Shown: positions 1 through 13,199, numbered from the stretch's first letter. The stretch: 64,000 bases of DNA from Vermamoeba vermiformis (GCA_045837725.1 JBEWZL010000300.1:496001-560000), one strand, 5' to 3'. The notes: generated by a model not told the origin, from the letters alone. Numbers and translations: made by a program.

Positions 1-258
1 ACTCTTATTTGCTTGTTTGCTTACCGATTGGACTTGCTGCTGGTGATCCTTCTCTGCTTCTATTGCTCTTTCGTAACTATTTGAGGTCCCAATAGGATTA
101 TTTTCGTGACCCTAAAATTCCAAGTGGATCCAACACCAAAGACGTATGGTGTTAGTTTTAAAGGCACAATGATAGGGCTAGTATAGAAAATATAATATTG
201 TTATTACGATGGGTACAGTTATACTATGACCCAATTATTATAAGTATAAGTAAAGTTG

Positions 259-2694
259 TTATTTCGTCTTCTTGGCAGTGTCCCATTCATTCGTGAAAAT
301 ATCTTCGATGTTGCGTGTCGTACGCATGCTGTTGAGCAGTTGCGAGGCCGACAACTGCGTCGTGAACAAAATGCCTTTGCTGCCACCACTGCCGTAGTAC
401 ACGACCTTGATCAAGAACTGCGGGTCACCGTAGTTGATCAGTCGTCTTAAATTGGCACGCAAAGTATTGTGGGAAAGTCGTTGTTCGCCTTTTTTGCCCG
501 TGCCGAGCTGGATGTAACCCTTGACTCTTGTTTGACCTTTGACAATAGCTGAAGGATTCATTCTATCACAACATTAGTATAATGGTATAAGCATAGTGTA
601 TGTCGTACCTCTTGCCAACGACAATCTTCAACGGGTACATGGCTAACTTCACAGTGGTCAAAACAGCGGATCCGAACATGGAGTCAAGAGCGTTCCAGAA
701 CTCCCTGCTTTCGATATGAATATAAACGCTATTGACCGTGAAATCAGCAGGCTTCGTGCCCTCAAACTCCAACACTAAGCCGTGTTGATCAGTATCTTGT
801 GGCAATAACACATTGAACGCCTTGAGGTTGATCTTGGGTGGCAAGTTTGCATCGATCTATTGAACCATGATTAGATACATTGATTATTACTACAATATAG
901 GTACTTACTACTTCCTCTTTCAATAACTTTGCAATGTACTCGACACCAATGTTCCATAAAATAATGACCAAAAGAATGTACGGCACGAGGGTCAATGGCG
1001 TAGAATAGAACTGTCGTATATTAAGTACCATAACGATAGTATTATAAGAGTATTTAGTACTTACCGGGAGGACCTTAAGGAAGTCAACTTGGCTCGTGAT
1101 CGATTTGAACATGAATGCTGGCCATGCGCTGTAACTGAGGTACCAACGCACTCGTTCACCAATGTAACCACCACCGGTAGGCAGGTAAACGGACAAATCA
1201 GGTGGCATTTGCATCTATTTGGCAAGTGTTAGGCATTGTGTTAATAACATAGATATTGATGACTTACATCCTCGTAGCCAGGAGGCAACAAGACCGACAT
1301 GAGACCGGTACGAATGACACCTTGGTACTTCTGGTATTGAATGCCAGCCATGATGACTCCAACACCAATGCCCATCATAACAAACGGGAACAAAAGCGAG
1401 TTCTAAAAATGAATTGTAAAGTCAGTTTACGTATTGAAATTTCACGGCGAGAAACTCACTTTGAACACGGTGGAAGAGATGTGAGCGAGCCATAAAAACA
1501 AGCAGCCACCGCCGAGCACGATCAACAAACGACTGTCCAATACGATGGCGAGGAAGATAGTGACCGTAGCAATAGGCACCAAGTATCTTAACGACGGTTA
1601 GCTTAAACTATAGTGATGACAAGTCAAATAAGTCATGCACGTACATTCCTTTACGCAACAATCGGCCTAGAATGGTACTCAAGAAACCAAATCCCACGAA
1701 GAAGCCAACGCGAGATTGGAACATGACGGAGATGATAAGTACGAGCCACGTGTAGATCGCGTTAGGCCACAATTTGTCAAAGTGACGGTAGTAGTCGTAT
1801 TTGTAGCCCTAGCAATCGTTAGTGATTGATGACGAGTATGAGTAGGACGTACCACCGTGAGGAAGATGTGGAAGAGAATCGAACTCAAGCCTGTCAAGAC
1901 GAACAAATGGGTCTTGAAAGCGATGGCCAAAGCGATTTGAATGAGTGCAAAAATGAATCTGTAGACGTAGTACCACGTGCGATTGCCGCAAACTTCGACT
2001 TCGAGAATCAATGAGGCAATGTTGTTTGCAGTCACACCAACAAATCCAAGGAAGACTATGAGGTGTCGTCCCGAGAACGAGAAGAAGTACATTGAAATGT
2101 CCTACATCCGAGATCAGCAAAAAGGGTATAAGGGAAGGCCACTTACATATTCGAAGAAATCAGCGCACAAGACTACACCGAGATTCGTGGCCATATGAGC
2201 CAAAGTCAACAACTCGTTGCCGTTCAAGAAGCCCTTGATGGCCACAGCGTTGAAGTCAATGAAGGTGAGAATAGCCAAGAAGTACTCCACATCTCCGCCT
2301 TGGAAGACTGTAGCAGCACGATAAGAAATTGCCAATAAGAGAACCTTTAGGGTAGAAATCAGACGAGGCAAAGTGGCGGATGCGATCCGGTGATACTTAC
2401 TCCGTTCAAAGCAATACTGTAAGTCTCGAAGATACGAGGCTTGTATCTGCCAATATCTACAACCGAGTGGCCGTAGAATGCAATCAAAGCGACGAAGCCA
2501 TAGAACAAGAGCGGGCCGCGTTGGAACACCATCGAGAAGTAGATCATCAACACGTGCAAGGCCAAGAAAGTCATGCGAGCAGATGCTTTCTACATTAGCA
2601 AAGGTGTCAGTGCCAAGTCGTGAAAGCAAAAAAGTGTCAAACAAGCGGACAAGAAGCAAAAAAAAAGATTAGCGAAGCCAGGTTTCGATCCTGG

Positions 2695-2725
<31 letters not shown>

Positions 2726-4606
2726 ACTGCGCCACTTCGCTTTGTTGATTGCTCGAATGCCCGAGCCAAATCAGGTCGTCAAAATGAGCGAGCGCGATAG
2801 AAAGTTGAAAACGGTGACAACACAAGACTGAGTACTATGAAGCGAGGTTGATCAAAATGGCTGGTTGCAGTGCTTAAATCCGAAACTGGGCGTACGGACA
2901 CAGGACCAAAACGCTCCGGGACAAACAAGGAGCAAAATAAGCAAGAGGTGCCTCCTTTTAGATCAAGAAATCTTGGCGCAGGAAGGTGGAGAAAAAACAA
3001 AAAAGAAATTGGATTCGCAGGGTTTCGATCCCCGTACCTCCCGCATGCTAAGCGGACGTGCTACCAAGTGCACCACGAACCCGTTGGTTGATTCGGTCGA
3101 CGGGAGCACGTGACCAGGTCACCAAAGAACATCGCGTTAACAACACCGGCCTCGCGTCACGCTGTGTCCCTCATTCCAACTCCTTGTTCACTAGTTGACT
3201 TACCCTGGAAGGCGGATGAGCCAACATGCCACCAGTGAATGCCAGGCCACCAAACAAGTACAACCAGAAGCTGTAGTCCTATATTCAAATATTAGCATCT
3301 ACCGCCATAACAGTGCAATGCAATCCTACGTACCTGCACTGTTCTCCGATCAATCCACCAAGCCAACAAAAGCATGTTGGCACCGAACACGATCGACACT
3401 TTGGTTCTCTCGGCCCAACCCCAGCCAGTCTTGCCAAACAAAAGGGGTGTCACGTCCATCTATAGGTGCGGCCTTAGTTTAATCTATATGATTTTTACGC
3501 GGAAGACTTACCGACATAAAGAACAAAATGAACGCGATTGGGGCAGTTAAGAACGGGAAGCGAACGTAGTACAACGTGATGCTAGCAACGACCAATGTTG
3601 CAAGTTCCATATATAACCAACCTCCGCTAACGTACTTGGAGAAATCAGCGTAAGATTGCATCAGATCTCCAACTCTGATCTTGAAAGCCTGAGGATATCG
3701 AATGTAAGTAACGTAAAACTCTGTCTGCATCTATTTAGCATTAGATGATCGTACCCTTTGCAAGCCATATACAGCTAAAGGTGTCATGCAAACAGCAATC
3801 GTGTGTAACAGACCACCGACGAGTTGGAACTCGGGCTGGTGCCAGAAGTAATTGGCGACAGCAGTGAAAATGGCCCAATAAGCGAAAGAAATGAAAAATA
3901 TTCCGCCTCCACCAAACGCCTCTAAATAAACGCGTAAATAAGTCGACATATTAGCCTAGCAATCGCGTCAAGATATATTTACCCCATCCGATCGTCATGA
4001 ACAGCGTCCTGTGCCCGATTATTAGAGCAAACTCGATAAATATAATGCAACTTACATTCCACCAATAACGATCAAAGCACCTCCGAAATAGAGCACGCCG
4101 AGAAGACTCACACGAGATGTTACAGCAGTAAAGACCCGAACAAATCGTCCTAGTAAAAAACGTGGTTAATAATATAATACGGTATTTATATATTATTATG
4201 GACTCCGAAAAGTAACCCTGAGATGACTTTTATTCGAATTGACTCATTCGTGAATTTGGTAATTTCACTCATAATTTTACTTCAATTTTAAATAATAGGG
4301 GAATATCATAATAATACATGATACCACTTATAAACTATATCCATAGTTACCTGGTCTTTCGTTGTATTTTTCCAAGCGAGAATCCAACTCCGCCTTTAAT
4401 TTTTGTCGTTGTGTTGCGTCAATTACTTTCTCTTTTTCAGCCCAGGTTAAAACAGAGTTGAAAATGCCTTCGTAAGAGGTGTCTGCCTCTTCGTCAATCT
4501 CGACGCTTGAAGCATCTTCTGCTTTGGCGGATGCCACAACGCTCGTGAACAGCGCAGAGCAAACTAAAGCTAGAATAAGGTATACCTTTAACGAATATAA
4601 CCTCAT
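259..4606 (-). CDS. Multi-exon polytopic membrane protein with signal peptide, DUF2157-like N-terminal half and a long C-terminal extension
   Basis: ATG 4606 (MRLYSLKVYLILALVCSALFTSVVASA, signal-like). Spliced exons give VLTWAEKEKVIDATQ, GVLYFGGALIVIG, FGGGGIFFISFAY, AVCMTPLAVYGLQR, MELATL...RFPFLTAPIAF and DYSFWLYLFGGLAF, motifs I recall from bacterial DUF2157 proteins. Further hydrophobic exons run to TAA at 259-261. The join across the tRNA-containing intron 2590-3203 is in frame (PPSR|KASARMTF). The C-terminal exon structure is only partly checked. Confidence 0.7.
2670..2741 (-). tRNA. Initiator tRNA-Met (CAT)
   Basis: Reverse complement AGCGAAGTGGCGCAGTGGAAGCGTGTTGGGCCCATAACCCAAAGGTCCCAGGATCGAAACCTGGCTTCGCTA: A1:U72 pair, three G:C pairs in the anticodon stem, GATCGAAAC T-loop typical of eukaryotic initiator tRNA, followed by a T-tract terminator. 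Confidence 0.97.
3010..3082 (-). tRNA. tRNA-Ala (AGC)
   Basis: GGGTTCGTGGTGCACTTGGTAGCACGTCCGCTTAGCATGCGGGAGGTACGGGGATCGAAACCCTGCGAATCCA: cloverleaf, G3:U70 Ala identity pair, AGC anticodon, downstream T-tract. Confidence 0.96.
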
Positions 4607-5844
4607 TGCGTGGTTTTGGGAATTAAGAAAATATAAAATTCAAGCAGAAGAACCATTTTTTTGTTTGGCTACGTCAGTGCGCAACCATAAATCAAGACTA
4701 AAGGGAAAACCACATTGTGATTACGTAAGCTCTGGTATTGTGTGGTGCACCGAGAGCATCAACAGCAAGTTCTCGATTTGGAATTTCATGTCCAAAAAAA
4801 ATATCAAGCGCAAAGTGCCGATCCGATCAAGTGCATGTCCCAAGTTCTGTGAAGGCGGTAATAAGTAGTCCTATTATTAATTGATTAGACACCACTAAAG
4901 CTCTCGTGCAAAGGCATTTAAGCTTCTGAAATAATTTTTGTTTAGTTTTTAATATTTCGATCCCGGATTTGCGCGTTATTATTCGGCCTACAAGCTTACT
5001 AAATGACATAATATGCAGAGAAATATATTAACGGTTTATATAGGAATTTTTAAGGAGAACTCATACCTTTCTAATATGGCAAGGGACTAATATCGCTAAA
5101 AATAGTCCGCGATCGAATCATAAACGCAGTATTCTAGCATATTCTAGAAGGCAAAGTGATCCATTCGATGTATTCTTGTAACGCCAATCCCACGTTTTAA
5201 TTAACGGCCCCGTTCTCGCGCTCTCGTGCTAAAGATAGTTGATCCGACTTTCAGACTAATTCACTTTATTATGACACGTGAACCGCAAGACAGTGCATTT
5301 TAGTACATTGCATTCACAAGCTACCTCCAATCATCAATACCTGCAGCTCATACTATGACTGATGCGAATTCATAAAATTTTCTAAAACAAGACACAGCAA
5401 GGATTATTATCCAACGATGGCTATTGTGCTATAAGCACGCGCTGTCTCGGGGTCGGTTTGCGCATTTTTATCTATAACAGGCATCGGCTATTTAAACATG
5501 TGCTTGAAATGTGCGCCGTAGCCCTGATAGAATCACTTTGCATCCAGAAAAGTGTCCTGCCTTTTTGATGAATAGTAAAGCTGTATTTAGGTGACGTTTG
5601 ATTTGAGTGGTCTGAAACTGTGGGCGGTTGGTCGTAGATATTTATCTTGCAAGTCAATTAGTTTATAAGATTCGGTTATGCGCGCTTTCTTTTCGGGTCA
5701 AATCTAATATCTTTGCTTGGATTCGCTGGAAGGTAGCAAATGGGGACTGGATGTTGATTATATAGGACTACTCCTTTAATTTTTCTACTTCGCTGTACAA
5801 GGTTTTAATATTGACAAAATTGTGTTGTGTGGTGGTGGATCTAT

Positions 5845-6376
5845 TCAATAAAACTGATCCAAGGCGATCGCAATAGAAAACTTTTCCCAATTGCAATCAA
5901 TGGCGTCTGGAACGATCACTTGACTAGATGGCTCTTCTTCCATGCTAACAGAGTCGCTTTCTTCATTTTCTTTGTCCGAGTGGGATGCGTTTACTTCCTC
6001 CCCACTTGATTCGGGGCTGAATGACTTGTAGTCGATATCTTCAAACTCCTCTTCGTCTTCCTCGTACCTTCCGGTATCAAGATATTTATCGAAGGTGGTT
6101 AGGAGTATGCTTTCTAACTTCTTCCATCCTCGGACACGTGTGTGGTTCTGGATGTAACGATTTATTTGTGAAGTACTGCGCAGTTGGTTAGTAAGTTAAA
6201 GGCGAAGGTCATGTGAATTAGTACCTCGCTTTGGTGATTTCAGCTATCCGTCTCTGACTCAAGTCGTTTTGTTGTAAGAACTGCAGCAAGAACTTCCTGA
6301 TCTTGGGATCGGGCTTTCGGCTAATAACTTCATGTTTCTTGGATGACTTTGGTCCTACTTGTTTCTTCGCGCTCAT
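5845..6376 (-). CDS. Small two-exon protein with a lambda-repressor-like helix-turn-helix and acidic tail (putative transcription regulator)
   Basis: Spliced: MSAKKQVGPKSSKK...IRKFLLQFLQQNDLSQRRIAEITKA|STSQINRYIQNHTRVRGWKKLES...EEDEEEFED...DQFY*. The intron GTACTA...CTAAC...GCAG restores the frame. Confidence 0.6.
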
Positions 6377-7163
6377 ATTGTTCTCTTGATTTAGGTTGAA
6401 AATACAATAAACAGACCCGAACATTATTTGTGATACTTGAACAACCTGTCAACATGTTGCGGCATAATTAGCTCATTTCCTTTTTAGTAAAGTTGATTCA
6501 CTGAACACGTGTTGCATATGAAAAATCTTAATTACGAAGCAATCGTATCCTATGGATGCGTACCTTGGTCTTGCCGTTGGATCTGTCAGTTCACGGATGC
6601 GCTTCGTCAGATCAGTATATGGTAATATACCTCGTGGATTTGTTTTGCGTTCTGTAGACCATATCGGGTAAACATTTAATTATATGCCCCCTCGTGTTCC
6701 AAATCCAAGTCTTTGTCGCTGCAGTGCCTAAATAACGGTTTGGTGAAGGAAAATATGATCAGATCCTGCGATATGAAGCTTGACTGATCATGTATGACGT
6801 AACTCATATATTGACGGGCATATCCGCGAATTTGTTTGATCAGAAAGCTAATAGTATCTTAGGACTCACATTTGTTTTTGTCCCCAAGTTTCATGAATGA
6901 CTTTTTTAATATGGCTCAATCAAATCTCTAAAATACGGAAAAAACAACTAATTCGTCTACGTATCTTACTTCACCGACCGCAGTTATAAAAAAGTTATTA
7001 GGGTTCGGTGGCATTAATTGATTTCCTAAGATTTTGTCGCCTTAAGTAGTGTGAGCGACTCTAACAACTTTAAGTAATTTCGATCAAAAATTCTATTCGT
7101 TTTACCCGCTTCGGAGTGCATTTCTTAATGAATCGTTAAACGAATTTGCCTAATTTTGATTCA

Positions 7164-10100
7164 TCAAAAAGCGGGCTCCGTTATTGAATCACTTGCGCAA
7201 TATTAGCGCAGATATGTGTATAGATATGTAAATATGATAAAAGGATACGAGCAACTTTCGATGTGTTTGTCGAAGAATCGCGTCAAGTCCTCAAACTGCG
7301 CGAGGTAATTCGAGGTCTTAATTTGATGAAGATCTTGGACCGAGAGATAAGGGGTTGTTTGTAGGATCGATGAATATTGATTAGGTATTAAGCTAAGCCT
7401 ATGAGAGTGGTTAAGGACAACCAGAATACTTAATAGGGAAGTAGATCGGGCCGTGGGATCTTGAATTTTGAAAGGATTGACAGGTTTGGAATTACACTAC
7501 AAATTGTGTGTTCCTGGAGGACTTCCCGCGGCCCGTTAAAAAATAAGCAATAACGTAAGGATACAAAAAGAATCGACCAGGGCAATCCGGCAAGAAGTAG
7601 TAGAATATGGATCTGACAGCCTTCTCGCGTAATGAATGAAACTTCTCCCATTTGGATTTGCCTATTGATTGGACTAGCTTAGGCGCCAAGGCGTCGATGG
7701 AATGTACGGGCTTGACCAGATCCGATTGAAGTTTTTCCTTGCACGTGGAGCACACGTCGCGCGGCCTGAAGTCAGCTCTAACTAATACTTTACGCGGTAT
7801 AATGTCTATAAATGAACAAAATTAATTAGTTGGGAATCATGAAGTGTCACTTATGTTCAATTTATATACCTGTTAGTGTCGCACAAGCGGAACAAAGCGC
7901 TGATCCGCAATTTTGACAGAATTTTTTGTTTCGTGATAGGATATCGAACTTTTTGAACTCGTACTGGCATTTCGAACAATTCTTCGCGTCTTGATCTCTC
8001 TTATATTTCGAAAAATCAAACGGGTTTTCTGGCTTTTCGTTTGTTTCTACATCTGTTCAAGGAAAGTTAATTGTCGCGAACCAGAATCATAATATACGTC
8101 TAATATACTAAATAAATAAAGTATCTATAATAATCTCAGAGATTTAGGATGTATAAATCCAATCTCTGTTTACGAGCTTTTTTTTGTTGCCAAATTTAGC
8201 CGAGCACTATGATTTGGGTGTGTACTTACCATTACACCACGACGGCAATTCAAAGTTCGGCTCATTGATCCAGTTATGAAGATACGGCGCGAAGGCTAAG
8301 ATATTATTGATTACGTTGTCGTTTGACGTAGCCGATGTCGATGCCGTTAACGAAAAATCTTCCCCGTATGGCCATTCATTGGCAAAATGTTGATTCTCTG
8401 CTACAAAATCTCTTTGCTTATATGGACTAGGTAGCTCTACGACCTCGCTGGGACTAATATCTTCCAAGTAAACCTAGCGTAATTACTCCGGTCAATTCCA
8501 AGCGGCAAATTTACGCGACATTTGTACCTCTTGAAAGATTGGCTTGGTATCTGACTTGTTTCTTATGACTATAGGTGTCGTATCATTGATAAAGGGCTTG
8601 ATTATCTGCAAGATTTCGAGTTTTTCAACGATCGTGGATAAAAACTGCTCCTCTGTTTGATTCAATAATTCTTGATCGCTCGCAGTATAGAGCTTATAGC
8701 GCTATATAGTAACGTAGTTAGCATCCGATGGATTCTATTTCAAGCTCGTTGGGAGCTTTTTTAAGAACCGGATCTTAAGTACGATCGTAAAAATATTATT
8801 GCGCTGATGTACCTTTTTGATTTGATTGCTTAATAACAGGAAAAATTTCGTTCGTAGGAAGTTATTACGACACATCTCGTCTTCATCTTCCGACACTGAC
8901 GCGGGGATTAACAGATCTGCTCAAACAAATCAGTACCGGCTCAGCCCGCTCTACAAAATGATGTACGCCAATATGATATATATTACGTACATTTAGAGAA
9001 CATGTACGTTGATTCTTCCAATGAGTTCCCACGTGCTGTGCTCGAAATGGACAGCTGAATTAAGAACAACGCTAAAACATCGTTAGAGCACAAACTAGGT
9101 AATATTTTGCTGTATTATAGGCTTACTTAAGTATTCTAACACGTTCCTATTGACAGATGGTAATTGCGACAGCCAGTCTTCGAAATACTGCGAGCTCGTT
9201 CGGATATTTAACAAGTACTCGGATGCGACTTGCGCAAGTTGCTGTTTGATGTGCGTATTAACTATAATCATAGTACTATTAGTCTAAGATCTCTCTAACG
9301 TATTAGCAAAGAATAACAAGTTGATTACGGAGTTGTGTGTTTTCCCAGGATCGATCCCCAACTCCGATCCGGACCGTCTTTTGGGCTCTTTACGGTGTAT
9401 TTGCGTATGAATAAGAAAAATTGCGGATGATTTTCAGTGAACGAGATGGAATACCGCAAAGGTAAATAACGGCAATTTACGTTATTTTTTGTTGGTTTTG
9501 TATGACGTACCATTGTCAGCTTGAATAGGCTTCCATAAATACTCCCAAATATCTTCATAACACTCAACTTGGATGAATTGAACTAAGGATTTGTATATGG
9601 CGTGTTTGTTGCATAGCTGATCCACTGCTTGATTGAACAAATAAGCCATAAAGTTGATCGCTTGAGAATAGAGCGAATAAAGTACGAGCGGTTCAGGTAA
9701 TTCTTCCAAAAATGATTGTAATAATTTAACGGTGATGTGGATATCGTCATAATTATGCGCTTCGTTGTTGCTAAGTTCAGATTTGACAGATTCGTAGCGT
9801 TGAAAATTATGCGGGATCGTCATGAAAAGAAAATCGACTTTGAGGCCGTTCTTCAATATCTCTTGGCATAAAGATGATAATATACTAGGTATTTGTTCTA
9901 TTTTGCCCATAATTGATTGCGTTGTATCAGCCATTTCGCTCTCCAAAGACGGTTCTGCGATCGTGTCAGAAAATCTTCTGGATTTAGCGTAGAAAAATTC
10001 AGAATAATACTTACGTGCGTTATTATCGCTAAATACAAGCCTTTTCTTGATGCTTTCAAGAAGCGGAGACGATTTTGATAACGCGTACAAAGGAGAGCCA

Positions 10101-10545
10101 AAATTAGGAGTTTTCTAAATTGAAAAAAAAGATTTACATCAGTCAAAAAATGCACAGGTAATTCAAATAATAATATTCACTATTAATTAATTGATCATTG
10201 TTGCAAAAATGTCTCGTGCGAAATTGCAGAGAAATAAATTCTAGGTAGAAAATTTGGAATTTTGATGCGTCAAATAGAAGAATTACCTTATTACTATTTG
10301 GGGTAATATCAGGTGTGTTATAAATATTAACATAGAGCTGTTCTGGATCGACATCCAATTTGGAAACAGATGCTGAATGCCCCGCGCTCCCAGCGGCAGG
10401 AGACAATACATGCCGCTCCATGACCAATTTGTTTAATCAATAAAAATACTTGCGAATTGTGGTCAATTGTTGATTTTGGTGGATCGGACAGAGTTTGTCT
10501 ACCACCGGACAAAAAGTCCATCAATTCGTGTACCGAAAGATCCAC
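7164..10545 (-). CDS. Multi-exon protein: divergent RhoGAP domain plus Cys-rich zinc finger and Rubicon-homology (DUF4206)-like region; ends approximate
   Basis: RhoGAP-like IPSILSSLCQEILKNGL...DIHITVKLLQSFLEELPEPLV...LSQLPSVNRNVLEYL; then CSKC...CQNC...CSAC; then IIPRKVLVRADFRPRDVC...PVHSIDALAPKL and YLSVQDLHQIK...KHIESC, resembling the DEF8/PLEKHM1/Rubicon RH domain. Confidence 0.6.
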
Positions 10546-10932
10546 ATTATCAATTCAACTCGAAACTAATCACCACAGTAAAACGACATTAGATAGAATA
10601 ATATGGCCACGGTAATTTTGATATTCAGAATATTTGGAGCCCAAAAGAAATTGCAACGAGATCTGATCAGTTTGATTTTATTGATTCAACTCCTTTCGGG
10701 CGTATGGTTAAAGTACAACCACCTTTTGTTGTGAACTAAACTTATTTTTTTGGGCTTTTGCGACTGCTGACGTCGGTATTAATTTTATCTGAAACTAGAA
10801 TTACCTACTTTCGTTTTTTAACTAAATATCAACAGCACCATTTATTTTATTATTTTTCGTTTGTTTGTCAAGCGAACAACAAGGACAGATAGAATAAGGT
10901 CGTTGCAAGTAAGCGGCAAGTAACGGTGGAAG

Positions 10933-12946
10933 ATGCAGCACAATAATAACGATAATGACTTATTTGATGGTACGTAAAATTGTCATAAATATGAATATAT
11001 TTTATACGTGATCGTCTTGCTTATGTGCATTTGACGGCATCCGACAAAATTAAATTTTAAAGACGTTTTCAATTTTACCTAAATTTAATTTTTTCGGGAG
11101 TTAACCTATATTGACGGTTATATATAATATGCCTTTATTTTAGATGACGATGTTTTTGGAATGATTAACGAAGAGCGGATCAACGACTTCAAAAACCTCT
11201 CAGCTGATTACAAAAAGCTGTTGGAGGATGCTAAGTCGTCTGACATCACTATAGTGGTCAAATCTGCTGATCTTAGTAATGTCAAGCAATTCAAAGCTCA
11301 CAAATTAATATTGGCGGCTCGATCGAAGTACTTCGAGGCTTTGTTTTTCGGCAACTTCAAGGAGAGCTCTCAAAATGAGATTGAAATTACCGACGTCGAT
11401 CCTGCGGTCTTTGAACTCGTCTTGCAATGGATTTACACTGCTACGATAACCGTTAGCGAACAACACGTGAATGCGCTTATGGAACTCGCCGGACGCTTCG
11501 ATCTGCAAGACGTAAGTACTCCAATACCATCATAATATATTTAAGCACGTTGCTAATTCTTTTTCAGTTGTCCAAGCAATGCGAGTCGTTCACTGGCGAG
11601 GTGCTTTTGACGAACGAAAACGTCTTGGAATATTTGGGCAACTCGTTCAGCACCAATCCTCGCCTTAAAGAGAAGTGTCTGCAGTTCATTGAGATGAATA
11701 TTAGTGAATTGATGGCCTTCCCCGAATTTTTGGACTTGCCTGCGGAGGTCATGTCTGAGATCGTCAAGAGAAGCACATTAGCGACTAAGGACGAGCTCAA
11801 TGTCTATCATCTCATCATTGCTTGGAGGGACCACCATAAGGAACAGGTACTTAGTTATACCAGTCAATTACATACTAAAAATTTGAGCCGAAAAGTAGCG
11901 GATCTGGATCTAGTTCTTACTCACGAAATTTCTTAGAATATTATTCCATTGACTACAATCGAGTCCGATACCAAAGAACTCCTCAAGCACGTGAGATTGG
12001 CACTAATCCAACAGACCGATCTGGTCACTATTCTCAAGCCGAGTGGCTACTTTACCGTGGAGCAGATCTACGACGCGATCGCGTGCCAAATTGCCCCTCA
12101 ACTCTATCCAGACAATATTAACAGAGCTGCACGTCAACCGCCTATCAAGCCTGAACTGCGTTGTTTGATGCTGGGTTTGGATGCCTCTGGCAAAACTACC
12201 ATTTTGTACATGTTGAAGCTCGGCGAGGTTGTTACGACCATTCCTAGTACGTACTCTCTTACTTTTCTATATTAGGCTATTATTAATTATGCCAAATATC
12301 AAATTGAATTCAAAAGCAAAAAACTCTGAGCGAAATAATTATATAATAATAAGGCTTATTTTGTAGAAATATTATTTTTAGTTCCATTTTAGGAAATAAT
12401 TCTTAATTAATTGTTTCCGTAATAGCGATTGGTTTCAATGTGGAAACAATACCGTTGCAAAAGTCCGGCGTACAATTGACGATTTGGGACGTGGGCGCAC
12501 AACCCAAGATCAGACCATTATGGCGCCACTACACTAACGAGACTGATGTCCTTATTTGGGTCGTGGATGCGAACGACGGCGAGCGATTTGAAGAGTCCCA
12601 GATGGAATTGCACAAGTTGTTAGAAGACGAGGGACTGCGTGATACGGCGTTGTTGGTGTTGGCAAATAAGATGGACTTGCCAAATGCCGCGTCTGTTCAA
12701 ACTATTACGGCTGCATTGAATCTTAGCTCGTTGAGAAATCGTCAATGGTTCATCTGCGGTGGAAGTGGTACGATGAACGGTTGCTTCAGCGAAGGTAAGA
12801 CTAAACATGCATAAATACATATGTATTATTGCGAGGAATAAGAAGTTAGGCCGGATCTAATATTTTTTATTAAAGGCTTGGCTTGGATCCACACGGCGAT
12901 GCAAGAGAGAATGAAACAAAAGAAACGCGAATTGAGAAAGCGATAA
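10933..12946 (+). CDS. BTB/POZ-BACK-Arf small GTPase fusion protein
   Basis: BTB: SDITIVV...[19 protein letters not shown]...[28 protein letters not shown]...[11 protein letters not shown]...LLKHVRL. Arf: [52 protein letters not shown] and the Arf start share one exon (11949-12247). Stop TAA ends at 12946. Confidence 0.9.
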
Positions 12947-13199
12947 GGCGTTTTAGAAATATGAAATCTTTATACTCTCTTCTGTTGTAACGATATTAAA
13001 TATTGCCACTTAAACTCACTTGGATTGAGCGGTACAAACTCGCTAGTAGTTATTTGGGGCAAATATAAAGAATCGATGGGGAGGCGTAAAACGCGTAAAA
13101 CCGGATTCCGGCGGTTGCCTCCGAAAAACAGTTTGTCCCGACCATTTTTTATCCGTAAGTCTTGATTTAACCACACATAGACAGCTTTGAAATCGTATC

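Noticed and set aside
1-170. Possible 3' end of a gene entering the window
   Set aside because: Too short to establish strand, frame or product.
7870-8000. Canonical FYVE domain
   Set aside because: Cys spacing is FYVE-like but the WxxD and R(R/K)HHCR motifs are missing; the context fits an RH-domain-associated zinc finger better.
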